DNA from: Candidatus Poribacteria bacterium | GTDB taxonomy: Bacteria; Poribacteria; WGA-4E; WGA-3G | Direction: 5' to 3' | Length of the DNA stretch: 64,000 nucleotides | Assembly: GCA_963665235.2 (NCBI GenBank) | Contig: CAXXLX010000001.1 | Location: 352,001-416,000 of the forward strand | Shown here: positions 40,384 through 50,146 of the stretch, one piece after another | How the letters are laid out: the number at the start of each line of letters is the position of its first letter | Numbering within the stretch: position 1 is the stretch's first letter | Translations under genes and position numbers: made by a program | Notes under the pieces: generated by a model | What the model was told of the DNA's origin: nothing | The model's input: only the letters and a program-made list of their open reading frames with translations | Database searches by the model: none

Positions 40384-40469
40384 GCGGATTCTGTTCCTTC
40401 TCATCAAAATCTTCGGTGTGGATACCCTCTACCTTATCGAAAACGCGCACAGTAACCCACAAAAATATC

Positions 40470-40542
40470 CGCGTCCGGAGGGATTCGAACCCCCAACTTG
40501 TAGTTCCGAAGACTACTGCTCTATCCATTGAACTACGGACGC
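40470..40542 (-). tRNA. tRNA-Arg(TCG)
   Basis: Cloverleaf; loop CT-TCG-GA. Confidence 0.92.
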
Positions 40543-40549
40543 ATCTAAA

Positions 40550-40622
40550 GGTGGATGATGGGATTTGAACCCACGCCCTCCTGATCCACAGTCAGGCGCT
40601 CTACCCCTGAGCTACATCCACC
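40550..40622 (-). tRNA. tRNA-His(GTG)
   Basis: Loop CT-GTG-GA; G-1 encoded. Confidence 0.95.
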
Positions 40623-40632
40623 ATATTCAAGG

Positions 40633-40706
<74 letters not shown>

Positions 40707-40713
40707 TTACCGA

Positions 40714-40789
<76 letters not shown>

Positions 40790-40824
40790 TAAATCGACAA
40801 CCTTCCAATTGCTTCGTGTTTATA

Positions 40825-41720
40825 TTATAACACATATTTTTGATGAAACGAGTAGGGCGCAATATCAGAAACTGGACGACACCCCCACAACCGTTTCATA
40901 CCCTCAAAAGTCAACGTCTCAAAACAGAGGTCAACGTCTGATCTTGTTCATGCACAAAACGCTTCGCGAGTTTCCAATGATGATCCTCACGTTGTCTCTT
41001 GATTTTACGGTGTTTGCGCGCCACATCTAAGCGGGAACGCTCACAGTTGTTGCTACCCTTTACTTTCTTAGCATGGGCACGTTGTGCCACAGACAAATCC
41101 GCCATAGAGGTTTTATAGAACTCAGGAGACTCATATTCTGTGCCATCGGAACAGGTGAACATCGTTTTGATACCGAAATCATACCCTGCAGCACTACCCG
41201 TCTTAGGTAGGATTTCAGATACGGTGTCATCTGTTACAACACACATATAGAAGTCACCAACACTATCTGCTTTGATAGTGACTGTCTTAATATTACCTAC
41301 TATCTCGCGGCTTAGATTAAACCGATATTGTTTTTCCATTATACGGACCCTATCACCATAGAAACTATAGCCAGAGGGGGACATTGTGAATGAATACGGT
41401 TTGCGCCATGAACGAAACTTAGGCGGACGCTTCGCAATACACTTAAAAAAACGCTGATACCCGGTGTCTAAACGCCGCAGTATATCACGCGCCGCCCAAG
41501 AGTCTAACTCACGCCAATGCGAAAACACTTCAGGATGTGAGTTCCTAAGGACGGTAAAGGCACGCGACATCTCAGGAAGCGACATATACGCAAGACCAAG
41601 AGAATAGCGCGTCCGCTGCCAACCTAAAAAATAGTTCCAAACATCATGGGCCACCCACGTTAAACGCTTGAGATTACGATTACGCGGGGCACGAAAAAGT
41701 TTGTATTTTGTGGTATACAT
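40825..41720 (-). pseudogene. tnpB: TnpB of an IS200/IS605-family element, frameshifted and 3'-truncated
   Basis: VWNYFL, PPKFR, RuvC-I GYDFGIK; RuvC-II-like CFETL.FEGMKRLWG continues in another frame after about 40930; no zinc finger or RuvC-III. Confidence 0.85.
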
Positions 41721-41807
41721 CTAAGGGTATCCTGCCTTGAAAAGTTGCTACCTGCCTCTAAAAAGGGGCGGAGAAGTCTATAGATTCTCCGCTAAGGCAT
41801 TAAATAG

Positions 41808-41836
41808 AGTATACCCCATTTTTCAGGAAAAGTCAA
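41808..41836 (-). promoter_or_regulatory. Sigma70-type promoter upstream of tnpB
   Basis: TTGACT-17bp-TATACT on the minus strand. Confidence 0.7.
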
Positions 41837-41857
41837 ATTAAAATTTCAACTCATGCA

Positions 41858-41901
41858 CCGCTACTACATCCCCCAGCTAAAGCATGGGGGTTTTGTAGCG
41901 G
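41858..41901 (-). mobile_element. IS200/IS605-type subterminal hairpin (left end)
   Basis: ccgctac..ccccc-agctaaagcat-ggggg..gtagcgg; CCCC..GCTTTAGC..GGGG core typical of tnpB element ends. Confidence 0.65.
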
Positions 41902-41977
41902 AAGATTTGATAAACTTGTATTTTTTCTAAAAATTCGGTATAATATTCCCATATCGCAAGTAAGGGTATTTAATTTT

Positions 41978-42856
41978 ATGCTAACTCCTGAATTTCTCGC
42001 CAAACTTGAGCAACACCGTATCCGCTGTCAGCAACCCTTTCGTGGGAAATTCAGAGGTGAACGCCGAAGCCTCAACCGCGGAACCGGTATAGAATTTGCC
42101 GATTATAGACGTTATGAACACGGCGACGACCTCCGATATCTTGATTGGAACATCTACGCACGTTTAGGAAAACTTTTTATCAAATTGTTCCAAGCAGACG
42201 AAGAATTGGCTGTCTCTATTTTGATAGACACAAGCCGGTCTATGGACTTCGGCACGCCGACGAAGTTAGCTTGTGCAAAGCAGATTGCTGCTGCAGTCGG
42301 GTATATCGCGCTAGCCAATTCTGAGCACGTATCAACTTACATGTTCTCGGAACGGTTGGTTGCTGCATCTCGGCCCGCTTACGGACGAGCGCAATTTGCA
42401 CGGTTTCAGAAAGTGCTTACCGGAATAGAGACAGGGGGAACAACCGATTTCGCAACGTGCCTTAAGCAGCTCGCTACATATCAACCGCAAGCAGGCGTTG
42501 CAGTTATTTTGAGCGATTTTTTGGACCCAGGCGGTTATGCTGATGGCATCAAGGCATTGCTAGGACGCGGTTTCGCTTTGACATTGATTCACCTGCAATG
42601 CCCAGAAGAAATTAATCCACCGCCCCCAGGCGAATGGCAATTGGTGGACGCTGAAACGGGAGTAACAAAAGAGATAACAGTGAATGAAGAAACGATTGAA
42701 TATTACCGAAATCGTCAAAACGATTTTTGTACGAACTTACACCGTTTTTGCGTCCAACGCGGTATCGGTTACACGCGAATTACTACGGATACCGCTATGG
42801 AGACGCTTATTTTGCAACAGCTGCAACAGATTGGTTTCATTCAGCGAAAACACTGA
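41978..42856 (+). CDS. DUF58 (vWA-like, MoxR-associated) protein
   Basis: EFADYRRYE.GDDLRYLDWN, DTSRSM, LSDFL. Confidence 0.92.
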   Translation: MLTPEFLAKLEQHRIRCQQPFRGKFRGERRSLNRGTGIEFADYRRYEHGDDLRYLDWNIYARLGKLFIKLFQADEELAVSILIDTSRSMDFGTPTKLACAKQIAAAVGYIALANSEHVSTYMFSERLVAASRPAYGRAQFARFQKVLTGIETGGTTDFATCLKQLATYQPQAGVAVILSDFLDPGGYADGIKALLGRGFALTLIHLQCPEEINPPPPGEWQLVDAETGVTKEITVNEETIEYYRNRQNDFCTNLHRFCVQRGIGYTRITTDTAMETLILQQLQQIGFIQRKH

Positions 42857-42875
42857 AGGTTGAGGGACACATCCC

Positions 42876-43418
42876 ATGCAAAAACAATTTGGACAAACGA
42901 AAATAGAACTTATCCAAGGGGATATAACGAAGGCAGCGGTTGATGCGATTGTAAATGCTGCAAATAAAGAACTTGTCGGCGGTGGCGGGGTAGATGGGGC
43001 AATACGCCGCGCTGGCGGTGAGGCCATTGAAAAGGAATGCTCTGCAATTCGCGAACGTTCCGGCGGGTGTCCAACCGGTAAAGCCGTTATTACAACAGCA
43101 GGCAACTTAGCCGCACAATACGTAATTCATACTGCCGGCCCAGTGTGGGAGGGTGGTGAAACAGGTGAGGCGGCACTGCTCGCCAGCTGTTACCGAGAAA
43201 GCCTCCGTTTGGCTAGCGAAAATAACGTGGACTCCATCGCTTTTCCATCAATTAGCACCGGGATTTACGGGTACCCGACAGAGAAAGCGGCAACCGTAGC
43301 TCTGAAAACGGTACAGGAATTGGTAGATAGCAACGCAGCAATACCGAAGCATATTCAATTTATATTGTTCGATGAGGCTACGTACAGCTGTTATGCTGAT
43401 GCACTTTTGGCACTTTGA
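42876..43418 (+). CDS. Macro domain O-acetyl-ADP-ribose deacetylase (YmdB-like)
   Basis: GDIT, VNAAN, GGGGVDGAI, FPSISTGIYG. Confidence 0.93.
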   Translation: MQKQFGQTKIELIQGDITKAAVDAIVNAANKELVGGGGVDGAIRRAGGEAIEKECSAIRERSGGCPTGKAVITTAGNLAAQYVIHTAGPVWEGGETGEAALLASCYRESLRLASENNVDSIAFPSISTGIYGYPTEKAATVALKTVQELVDSNAAIPKHIQFILFDEATYSCYADALLAL

Positions 43419-43497
43419 ACAGAACGCACACAATAAAAAATACAGCACCGGAAAAGGGAACTTTCAAACCCTATTATGAGCAAAGGAGTAGGAACAC

Positions 43498-44967
43498 ATG
43501 TTAACACGGATGGAGAAGATACACCTAAGAAGACAGCAGCGTCGACGTGCTTTGTTGGTAGCACTTGTGCTTCATGGCATTGCAGTTATTATGGTAAGTG
43601 TATGGTTCTTAAACCAGCGGATAGAACAGAGTGACGATAAACTTTACGCCGAAATAATGGTGCAAGCTTTCCAGCGGACGCAGGTTAGACGTGATATGCC
43701 GAGGCCCAGGCCTAAGCCGCAGCCCCGAGTGGTACAGCGAGTTCAAGATGGCAGGAATGGAATCTCAAGTAGAATGCCGAACCCGGTTTCCCTTGACCCT
43801 CTCTCACCACTTGAAGAGGAAACACCTGTAGTGCAGGAAACACCTTTAGATGTCCCCTCAGCACTAGAGAACGTCTCAAGACTCGCACCATCTCCGGAAA
43901 GCGTTTTATCACAGTCGCAACTTGATGGAACAGCACTATCTGGAGGTAACCCGGCTGAAGGGTTAGTCACGACCAGAGGTACAGGGGGAAGTGGCGGTGC
44001 CGGGGTAGGTGAACGCGGTACAGAACGTTCCGGTTTTGGAAACTTTTCCAAAGGTGCCGGTTCCGGGGCAGGTATATCCGATCTAAGTGAGGGATTTGGA
44101 AAGCTGCCAACGCTCAAAGATGATATTGGCAATAAGCTAGGCGGTATTTTGAAAGGTACTGGGGCAGAGCTGAAGGCACACATCCGTATCATCCGTCTCA
44201 AGCATTCGCTCAGCGACTGGTGGCAAGACCCAACAGCTATTCCTTCTCTGATTAAGTGGTTACAAGATAATTCCTCCGCAATAAGTGCTGATATCAGTTT
44301 CGCAGGCGGTGCATTACCGCTAACTGACCCCCGAATTTTGGACGCACCGCTCATTATCATGACAGGACACGATGTCAAAATGACCAGCGACCGAAATTTG
44401 ATGCGCGACGGCATGAAGATGACCCCCGGATTCACTACCGAAGAACGCGCAATGCTACGCAAATATGTCCTCGAAAGAGGCGGTACCCTCTTCTTTGACG
44501 ACTGTGGATTCAAATCAGGGCTCGCACGAATCGTTGAAGAGGAACTCCGACAGATATTTCCTGAATACGCCCTAGAAAAACTCCCACACGACCACGAAAT
44601 CTACAAGCTCTTTTTCACACTTCACAAACCACCTGAAGGCGGAGAAGTCTTTTGGGAAAATGAAAATAACGCACAACCTACTAAATTCAAGTTCCACCGA
44701 GCCATATACGTTCCACGCACGCCAGGCGGAAGGAAAACCCCAAATCTCAGTTTTAAAGATGCACAGGGCATCCTCCGAACCACGAATAGGTTGGGCGTTT
44801 TCTTCAATAGAAAGGACTATCTCTGTGCTATGGAAACCGCAGAAATACAATCTAGAACCGCATTGCGAAACCGACGCTCTAATGATGTCTACCGATTTAT
44901 GACTAACCTCATGATTTATACGCTGATGTACGGCGGAAACACTGACCGTTCAGAGTATCAAAAATAG
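43498..44967 (+). CDS. Membrane-anchored protein with TonB-like linker and DUF4159-like domain
   Basis: One N-terminal TM helix (LVLHG); Pro/Gly-rich linker; MTGH, LRKYVLERGGTLFFDDC, LPHDHEIY. Confidence 0.7.
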   Translation: MLTRMEKIHLRRQQRRRALLVALVLHGIAVIMVSVWFLNQRIEQSDDKLYAEIMVQAFQRTQVRRDMPRPRPKPQPRVVQRVQDGRNGISSRMPNPVSLDPLSPLEEETPVVQETPLDVPSALENVSRLAPSPESVLSQSQLDGTALSGGNPAEGLVTTRGTGGSGGAGVGERGTERSGFGNFSKGAGSGAGISDLSEGFGKLPTLKDDIGNKLGGILKGTGAELKAHIRIIRLKHSLSDWWQDPTAIPSLIKWLQDNSSAISADISFAGGALPLTDPRILDAPLIIMTGHDVKMTSDRNLMRDGMKMTPGFTTEERAMLRKYVLERGGTLFFDDCGFKSGLARIVEEELRQIFPEYALEKLPHDHEIYKLFFTLHKPPEGGEVFWENENNAQPTKFKFHRAIYVPRTPGGRKTPNLSFKDAQGILRTTNRLGVFFNRKDYLCAMETAEIQSRTALRNRRSNDVYRFMTNLMIYTLMYGGNTDRSEYQK

Positions 44968-44968
44968 T

Positions 44969-45095
44969 GTTGGCTATTGGCTATTGGCTGTTGGCAATTG
45001 GCAAGATGTTGTGATTCTACGAACGCGGTCTGACGCGCGTTAGAGTCCTCTTCCTCTTGCTAAAGGTTTCCATAAGCCATAAACCCATGAGCCAA
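44969..45095. repeat. Heptamer-armed intergenic repeat element
   Basis: (ttggcta)n gcaagatgttgtgattcta..gacgcgcgttagag..tcttgctaa..(agcca..)n. Confidence 0.75.
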
Positions 45096-45126
45096 CGCGC
45101 CATTTAGTGCCGGAGTCACCTCAAAT

Positions 45127-46308
45127 TTGGCAGACAGCAATTTTAGACGAGCGTCCCTAATTCTACCTATCTATCTGCCCGCTCTACTTCTGTCGATAGG
45201 CGAAGGTATTATTTCCCCAACGCTCTCCATCTATATCAAATCGTTTGGGTTATCCTATACCCTAACAACGGTCGTTATTGCAGTCAGCATTGTGGGTAAC
45301 ATTCCAGCCGGGATTTTGGTAGAACGTATTGGTAGAAGGCGGGGAATGCTGCTTGCACTCGTTCTGATAAGCGTGTCAATGCTGGGCATGAGCCTAGCAC
45401 AAAATCTTTATCAGCTTATCGGTGCGCAATTAGTCGGCGGCATCGGGCAAGCGTTATGGATGCTCTCTCGACATGCATACATGGCGGATGTGATTCCAAT
45501 AACGAAGCGGGGTGGCGCAATCGCACTGTTTGGCGGTGTCAATAGAATAGGCACATTTATTGGACAATTCGGTGCGATTTTCCTCGGAGCAAACCTACGC
45601 ATTCCGTTCCTCGTTTACGCAGGGATTGCACTACTTACCCTCATTATCACTTTCGCCTACATGCCGAGAACAGCACCGAAACCGGACAGCAAAAAACAGG
45701 AAGCACAACAGTCCTACCTGAAACAACTTCTCAAAATTTTCAAACAGCATGCAAGGCTTTTAGCGACAGCAGGTGTCGGACAAATTTGTGTCCAAACACT
45801 CCGACGCGGGGGCCGTATTATCATACCGCTCTATGCACAAGAGGTCGCCGGATTGACAACAAAAAATGTACGGTGGGTCGTCATGCTCTCCTCTGCTGTT
45901 GATATGTCAATGTTTCCACTTGCGGGGCACATGATGGACCGTTTCGGGCGGCGATATGCAACGGTGCCCGGTATCTCTATTTTTGCTACAGGGATGGCAC
46001 TCATGCCGTTCACGAAAACATTTGTCTGGCTGCTGCTCGCTGCAATTCTGATGCGATTTGGCAACGGCCTCGCCTCTGGAACGATGATGACACTCGGTGC
46101 AGATTTAGCACCTAAGGATGGCACCGGGGAGTTTCTCGGGTTGTGGCGACTTACTGGTGATTTTGGGGGTGCCGCGGGCCCCGTCATAGTCGGAAACATC
46201 GCAGATTGGTTTGGATTGGGCTTTTCTGGATTTGCTTTAGGGGGTATCGGGTATCTGGCGGTAAGCATCTTTCTCTACTTAGTTCCAGAAACATTGCAAC
46301 GGGAATGA
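45127..46308 (+). CDS. MFS transporter
   Basis: About 12 TM segments; G..VERIGRR and G..MDRFGRR motif A. Confidence 0.92.
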   Translation: MADSNFRRASLILPIYLPALLLSIGEGIISPTLSIYIKSFGLSYTLTTVVIAVSIVGNIPAGILVERIGRRRGMLLALVLISVSMLGMSLAQNLYQLIGAQLVGGIGQALWMLSRHAYMADVIPITKRGGAIALFGGVNRIGTFIGQFGAIFLGANLRIPFLVYAGIALLTLIITFAYMPRTAPKPDSKKQEAQQSYLKQLLKIFKQHARLLATAGVGQICVQTLRRGGRIIIPLYAQEVAGLTTKNVRWVVMLSSAVDMSMFPLAGHMMDRFGRRYATVPGISIFATGMALMPFTKTFVWLLLAAILMRFGNGLASGTMMTLGADLAPKDGTGEFLGLWRLTGDFGGAAGPVIVGNIADWFGLGFSGFALGGIGYLAVSIFLYLVPETLQRE

Positions 46309-46310
46309 AA

Positions 46311-46396
46311 TGCCGGGAAAGGGACTCGAACCCTTACGCGCGAAAAGCACACTAGAACCTGAATCTAGCCTGTCTACCAAATTCCAGCACCCCGGC
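46311..46396 (-). tRNA. tRNA-Leu(CAG)
   Basis: Long variable arm; loop TT-CAG-GT. Confidence 0.93.
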
Positions 46397-46413
46397 AGCG
46401 GACCTATATTTAT

Positions 46414-46494
46414 ATTATACCGCTATTTTCAGAAAAAGTCAAATTAAAAAATAGGGTATTTAATTTTGACACATCTCTACATGTATGCTATAAT
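46414..46494. promoter_or_regulatory. Back-to-back sigma70 promoters
   Basis: Minus strand TTGACT-17-TATAAT (46414-46442); plus strand TTGACA-17-TATAAT (46466-46494). Confidence 0.8.
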
Positions 46495-46530
46495 AACATA
46501 TTCATAAACAAAATAAGGAGCCAAAATGTA

Positions 46531-47559
46531 ATGGCAGATATTATCAAAGGCGCTGTTCTCGGTTATGGAGCAGCGTTTAATATGGGAAAAGCACATGCAA
46601 ATATGATGGAACGCACCGACGGCATCACATGCGTCGCTGTGTGTGACATCGATCCAGAACGCACAAAAGCTGCGAAAGCGGACTTTCCTGATATCCGCAC
46701 CTATACCGCAGTCGAAGACCTCGTGGCTGATGAAGAGGTTGACCTCATCGCGAACGTCCTCCCTCACAGTCTCCACTGTGGGCCCACTGTAGCAGGGCTC
46801 AGCGCAGGCAAGCATGCCGTCGTTGAGAAACCGATGTGTGTTACAATCGCTGAAGCCACCGAGATGATTACAACCGCTAAAGAGAACGGAGTCATGCTAT
46901 CGGTTCACCACAACCGCCGCTGGGATGGCGATTTCTGGACACTCCGAGAACTGGTACAGTCCGGCATCATCGGAAAGGTATACAGTGTAGAGATGTGGGG
47001 CGGCGGCTACGGTAGACCGAACCCGAATTGGTGGCGCAGTGTCAAAGCCATTTCCGGTGGACAATTCTACGACTGGGGCGCGCATTACCTCGATTGGTTA
47101 CTCAATGTGCTTGAAGCCCCAATGATTAACGTCACAGGTTTTTATCAACCCAACCTCGTTTGGAAAGACATTAGCAACGAAGACCACGTCCAAGCGATTG
47201 TGAGATTTGCTGAGGGAGAGTTTGTCGCGGATGGAGCGTCCGCAAACATCCAGATGTCAAATATCGCCAAGGTCGGCGGACCGCGATGGAAACTGCTCGG
47301 CTCACACGGGTCAATCGTTTCTGAAGGTGGACAATTTAATGTCCTCTCCGAAGTCGAAGGACACCCGAAGGAGCAGAAGGTAGGACATCACGGACGTCCG
47401 GGCCCCAGCTACTATCAGAATATCGTTGCACACTTAAACGATGGGACCCCGTTACTGGTCACCCCTGAGTCCGCTCGCCGTGTCATCGCTATTATGGATT
47501 TAGCTGAAAAATCCGCGAAGACACATCAGGCGGAAACCGTGCCTTATGAGTTTGAGTAG
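46531..47559 (+). CDS. Gfo/Idh/MocA family oxidoreductase
   Basis: GYG, GKHAVVEKP, HNRRWD, GG..YDWGAH. Confidence 0.93.
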   Translation: MADIIKGAVLGYGAAFNMGKAHANMMERTDGITCVAVCDIDPERTKAAKADFPDIRTYTAVEDLVADEEVDLIANVLPHSLHCGPTVAGLSAGKHAVVEKPMCVTIAEATEMITTAKENGVMLSVHHNRRWDGDFWTLRELVQSGIIGKVYSVEMWGGGYGRPNPNWWRSVKAISGGQFYDWGAHYLDWLLNVLEAPMINVTGFYQPNLVWKDISNEDHVQAIVRFAEGEFVADGASANIQMSNIAKVGGPRWKLLGSHGSIVSEGGQFNVLSEVEGHPKEQKVGHHGRPGPSYYQNIVAHLNDGTPLLVTPESARRVIAIMDLAEKSAKTHQAETVPYEFE

Positions 47560-47627
47560 AACTTGGCCCTCTAATCCGTACGCAAGAGCGGAGCGATGCT
47601 TCGCTCTTACCACCTCAGCACCTGATT

Positions 47628-48644
47628 ATGAAAACTGTCGTTTTTGAACAAATCCAACAGCTACGCATACAAGATAAACCTATTCCCGCGCTCAAGGCCG
47701 GCGATGTGCTTATTCAGATGGAGCTTTGCGGTATTTGTGCATCTGACCTCGCCGCCCTCCGAGGCGATGTATCCGATTACGCGCCCCCTGTTGTCATGGG
47801 ACATGAGCTTGCAGGCGTAATCGTAGCGACCCGACATCCCGATGTCAAAATCGGGCAACGCGTCACCGTCAACCCTATGCTCTCCTGTGGCGAGTGTATC
47901 TATTGCAACAGTGACCAAGACAAATATTGCAACACAATTGAGGGTATTGGACACGACATTGATGGCGGGCATGCAGAATACATCCATATACCGAAACACG
48001 GTGTAGACACCGGTAAACTCATCCACGTTCCTGACAGCATTCCCCCGGAAGAACTGCTATTTCTGGAACCGTTAGGCTGCTGTATAAATGCGATGCAGGA
48101 AACTATTCTCCAAAATTCTGTTGCAATTCTCGGCGCGGGGCCCATCGGCTTAATACTCACCCAACTATCAAAACGGATGGGGTTAGCAACTTACGTGGTG
48201 GAACCCCTTCCGCACCGCAGAGCAATTGCGGAAACCGTCGGAGCGGATGCCGCATTTGATATTACCCCTGACGACATCACACATCTCCGCGATATGAACA
48301 GTGGAGGAGTTGATACAGTTATCTCCGCAACAACTAATAACGCCACAGCCATCGCGCTCACTTACGAAATAGTCCGCAAAGGCGGATGCATCAATTTCTT
48401 CGGACTTGCCCCCGAAGGCGAAGAACTTCACATAACGCTCGAGGAATTTCATTATACCGGACACAAGCTTATGGCATCGTGGGCATTTTCCCGTGCAAGC
48501 CTCGAGGAATCCCGCCAACTTCTTATAGAGAAAACTCTCAATTTTGCCCCATTATTAACCGACCGGTATCCAATTGTGGAAGGTTTAGCCGCCTTTGAAA
48601 ATGCAAGTGCCCACCGTGGAGTCAAAACAGTGTTGCACCCCTAA
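47628..48644 (+). CDS. Zinc-dependent alcohol/polyol dehydrogenase
   Basis: GICASD, GHE..G, CGECIYC..C, GAGPIG. Confidence 0.93.
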   Translation: MKTVVFEQIQQLRIQDKPIPALKAGDVLIQMELCGICASDLAALRGDVSDYAPPVVMGHELAGVIVATRHPDVKIGQRVTVNPMLSCGECIYCNSDQDKYCNTIEGIGHDIDGGHAEYIHIPKHGVDTGKLIHVPDSIPPEELLFLEPLGCCINAMQETILQNSVAILGAGPIGLILTQLSKRMGLATYVVEPLPHRRAIAETVGADAAFDITPDDITHLRDMNSGGVDTVISATTNNATAIALTYEIVRKGGCINFFGLAPEGEELHITLEEFHYTGHKLMASWAFSRASLEESRQLLIEKTLNFAPLLTDRYPIVEGLAAFENASAHRGVKTVLHP

Positions 48645-48835
48645 CCGTTTTACCATTCAGACTCCTAAAGCCAAATCAACGCCAAATGCGCGTATTGAAG
48701 TCAAAAAAATCGCGGGCGGCATAATTGCCACAACAAAAGCCCGCGGCGGAACACTCCACAAAAAATTAAGTGTGCCTGCCGAGGACACTACAGAAGGAGG
48801 CACAACAAGAACAGCGAGAACAGCTCCTTTGGCGG

Positions 48836-49873
48836 TTACTCACCTTTCGCGCTTTGTTTGAGTGCCCCCCACGTTATCGTTTTTTTTTCTTTCGGTGAAA
48901 CAGACAACGCACCTTCTATCCAATCCGGACGTGTCTCAGTCTTCTCCCCCCAGGTCAAACGTCTGAGGTTCCGTGTCTTAAACTCATAGCGATAGATATC
49001 ATAATTCGCATTGGGTCTATCCCAGAACTTCACGTCGAAAAGAAGCGCACTGTCGTTTGCAGTCCAACTAAAGGTGCCGAAAAGAAAATCATCAGAGAGT
49101 AAGTCAACTTTGTCATGGAGACCCGAAACGACTTTTGCTCTGCCACCGATACGCAGAATCATCACGCGCTGCACATTTGCACCGAAGAGGTAATCATCAA
49201 AGATAACCTGTTGTCCATCCGAAGACCAGCGCGGGAAGAACCTCATGATGACCTCATCCGCACCCGGCTCAGGGTCAGGGAGGAGAGGACGCTGATTCTC
49301 ACCAGTAGCATCCATCACATAGATATTTTTATGGCTGAACGCGTTGCCACTGCGTATAAACTTCTCGTAAACGATAGCAGTCCCATCAGGCGACCAGTCG
49401 GGGGCAGCAGAACCTTGCCCCACTTCAACCCCCTCGATATTCGTTAGCTGCGTGACATGGCGCGTCGCTACGTCTATAACATACACCTCCATTTGTCCGG
49501 TTCGGCTGCTGGCAAAGACGATTTTCTTGCCATCGGGCGACCAAGATGGATACCCATCGCGGGCATTGTTATCGGTGAGGCGTTGAAGGTTCGTTCCATC
49601 GGCATTTATGACAAACAACTCATAAGAATTCTGTCTATTTTCTTTCATTTCTCGGACAAAGACAATTTGTTTACCATCGGGCGACCAGCGCGGGTAACTA
49701 TCGTACCACTGCGGGGCGTTTGTGAGCCTGCGTTTTCCACCGCCATTATCGTTCATAACCATTATGTCTCCTGCAGCACAAAAGACGATTTTCGCCTCAA
49801 TCGCAGGGCAAAACAACAAAACGGAAACCATAGAGCAGGAAATGATGAAATAGAGGTGCTTTGGAGCGTTCAT
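48836..49873 (-). CDS. Secreted TolB/PD40-type beta-propeller protein with conserved C-terminal motif
   Basis: Signal peptide; repeated P.WSPDG; ends SVSPKEKKTITWGALKQ; ATG at 49873 follows AGGAG. Confidence 0.88.
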   Translation of the reverse strand: MNAPKHLYFIISCSMVSVLLFCPAIEAKIVFCAAGDIMVMNDNGGGKRRLTNAPQWYDSYPRWSPDGKQIVFVREMKENRQNSYELFVINADGTNLQRLTDNNARDGYPSWSPDGKKIVFASSRTGQMEVYVIDVATRHVTQLTNIEGVEVGQGSAAPDWSPDGTAIVYEKFIRSGNAFSHKNIYVMDATGENQRPLLPDPEPGADEVIMRFFPRWSSDGQQVIFDDYLFGANVQRVMILRIGGRAKVVSGLHDKVDLLSDDFLFGTFSWTANDSALLFDVKFWDRPNANYDIYRYEFKTRNLRRLTWGEKTETRPDWIEGALSVSPKEKKTITWGALKQSAKGE

Positions 49874-49924
49874 GTGTGGACTCCTTTTTTTCTTTGGCAA
49901 CGTGAGCGGAGAACCGACCTCTCG

Positions 49925-50023
49925 GGGCTCCCTTAGTAAAGAAGAAATCTCCTGCTGTCTAAAGCAGAATCCTAAAATACGATTTCGGTGAAAGGGAGCC
50001 CATATTGACGTATACCTTTAGAC
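49925..50023 (-). ncRNA. Candidate structured 5' leader RNA with possible pseudoknot
   Basis: Three nested stems plus loop complementarity, between a TTGACC-18-TATACT promoter and the RBS. Confidence 0.45.
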
Positions 50024-50095
50024 GATATTAAGAGTATAACACTTTTTTCATTTTTGGGTCAACTCTTTTTTGTTTGGATTTCCATTCACCAATTT

Positions 50096-50124
50096 TTGAC
50101 AATTCTCGCCAAATATGTTATAAT
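50096..50124 (+). promoter_or_regulatory. Consensus sigma70 promoter upstream of the array and WD40 gene
   Basis: TTGACA-17bp-TATAAT with extended -10 TG. Confidence 0.8.
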
Positions 50125-50146
50125 AGGATGTTGTAACGTAATGTAA

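Noticed and set aside
40911-41720. Active RNA-guided nuclease (TnpB or Cas12f)
   Set aside because: RuvC-II is out of frame; zinc finger, RuvC-III and right end are missing; no array nearby.
43743-44513. 256-aa antisense ORF and other shadow ORFs
   Set aside because: They lie opposite or within well-supported genes and show no recognisable motifs.
41820-46470. Similar AT-rich strings (ttttcag.aaaagtcaaattaaaa; agggtatttaatttt) near 41820/41963 and 46426/46453
   Set aside because: Short and low-complexity, largely explained by shared -35/UP promoter elements.
48595-48861. Small gene between the dehydrogenase and the propeller gene
   Set aside because: It overlaps both neighbours and has no RBS or motif.
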